Assembly: GCF_018977255.1 (NCBI RefSeq)
Contig: NW_024704743.1
Coordinates: 82,338,001 to 82,402,000, forward strand
DNA from: Callorhinchus milii
Taxonomy: Eukaryota
Length of the DNA stretch: 64,000 bases
Reading direction: 5' to 3'
The notes beneath the pieces are model-generated. The model saw nothing but the letters and a program-made list of their open reading frames with translations, was not told where the DNA came from and ran no database searches. Position numbers and translations under genes: made by a program. Position 1 is the stretch's first letter, and each line of letters opens with the position of its first letter. Below, one piece after another: positions 62,746 to 64,000 of this stretch.

Positions 62746-64000
62746 TTATTGTAATGTTGATGTGTTTATCTATCGTACTACAATTTGTAGGCTTTTTGGA
62801 GGTGCTGACCTTCAGATAGCATATTAAGCCAAATTCCTGTCTGACTGCTCAATTGTTCGTTAAGATCCCATAACATTATTCTACAAGAGAAGGAATTGTT
62901 TTCCAGTATCTTGGCCAACATTCCCGCAGATAAAAATGGTCATTCATTTTATGCATATTCGTGAAACACTGCTCTGTGGAAATACGTCTACAAAATACAC
63001 AGAAACTACAATTTACAGTGTATCTTGTGAAGTGTTTTGAGGTGTCCTCCCAATGTGAAAAATAATAGTAAGTCTAGCAAGCTCAAAGGTGTGAGAAAGT
63101 AAAACAGGAATAGAGGTGGAACAGGATTGAGTTGATGTTTCCAATTCTAATTCTAGGTGTGAAAAAAGCAACATAAATCATACAATGGAATTATCCCTAC
63201 AGAGAGCTAGATTCCTTCAGATCCTTCAATGGTATGATTCCTTTAGATTCGCTGCATACAATTAAGACAATAGAATAGAAAACAGGATTTTTAAAGGGAA
63301 CAACACCACTTTATGTGATTTCCAGCACGTCCATTTATTTTTCTGTTACCAGGTAAAGCTTTAAAGCACGGTTATGGGATTCCTTAGGTGTCCCAGTAAA
63401 GGGGAAATTAGCCAAATGGCTGAAGCAGGGAGTGGGCAATAATAATAAAAATAACAAAAAAGCGTTCTTTTAAAAAAAACTTTGTTTAACATTTTTTTAG
63501 AAGATTATCAGCAAATAAATCTCAATTTGGGGACTGAAATCATGTAGCACTAAGAGTGGGTTTGATTTTTTCTTTCTATCTTCCCTTTGCTATTTGTGAA
63601 ATCTTCCCTAGCACTGTTCTCTATGCATTATATGGAGTCTTCACTTTCTCCTTCTGTTCCTTGCCATCTCCAGGGTCTCTCCTTTGATATTTTTATTTTC
63701 CATTGCTGAGCATCGCTAAGCACTGTACATCCAGCACTCAGCTCCCAAGCACTATAAAAATTGGAGAATATTTCAAATTTCAGTGTAGTGTATGGCAATT
63801 TCTAAAGGAATTCCTAAATAAGCAAAGTGAAAATACATCACTCCAAATCACTGAAACTCTGCTCTATTGCAAATTACTTTTGGAGGGGAGTTGAATAGTA
63901 ATTCTTGCATTTGATATAGCACCTCATTACATTGACAAGACAACTTTTGCTTCAAAATAATTATTATAATGTTTAGTGACTTTGTACCTTGTAGATGAAT

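Noticed and set aside
53500..64000. Next syntenic gene (FAM83A in human, from memory)
   Set aside because: No matching exon recognised; the region is mostly repeats.

Overview
Eukaryotic (vertebrate) DNA. The repeat content (tRNA-derived Deu-core SINEs with L2 tails, L2 and CR1 LINEs, Penelope-type ends) points to a cartilaginous fish, possibly a chimaera; this is inference. There are three protein-coding units. (1) DERL1 coding exon 1 is on the minus strand (6914-7072); the rest of the gene lies left of the window. (2) A complete 22-exon TBC1D31/WDR67 gene is on the plus strand (CDS 14665-52601, 1086 aa; all introns GT-AG with consistent phases). (3) Between these head-to-head genes sits an intact 580-aa pogo/Tigger-derived ORF (9010-10752). 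It is JRK/JRKL/TIGD-like, has a DD32E triad and a CENP-B-like acidic tail, has lost its transposon ends, and appears to share the DERL1 CpG-island promoter. It is the best candidate for an undescribed domesticated-transposase gene. Other notable items: a 28S rRNA retrofragment, a Helitron-like fragment, several TIR MITEs, a near-perfect 118-bp inverted duplication, a Penelope-type hairpin and decayed hammerhead motifs, and a C-rich minisatellite between the TBC1D31 promoter and its ATG. All assignments come from reading the sequence and from remembered family motifs; no database search was run.
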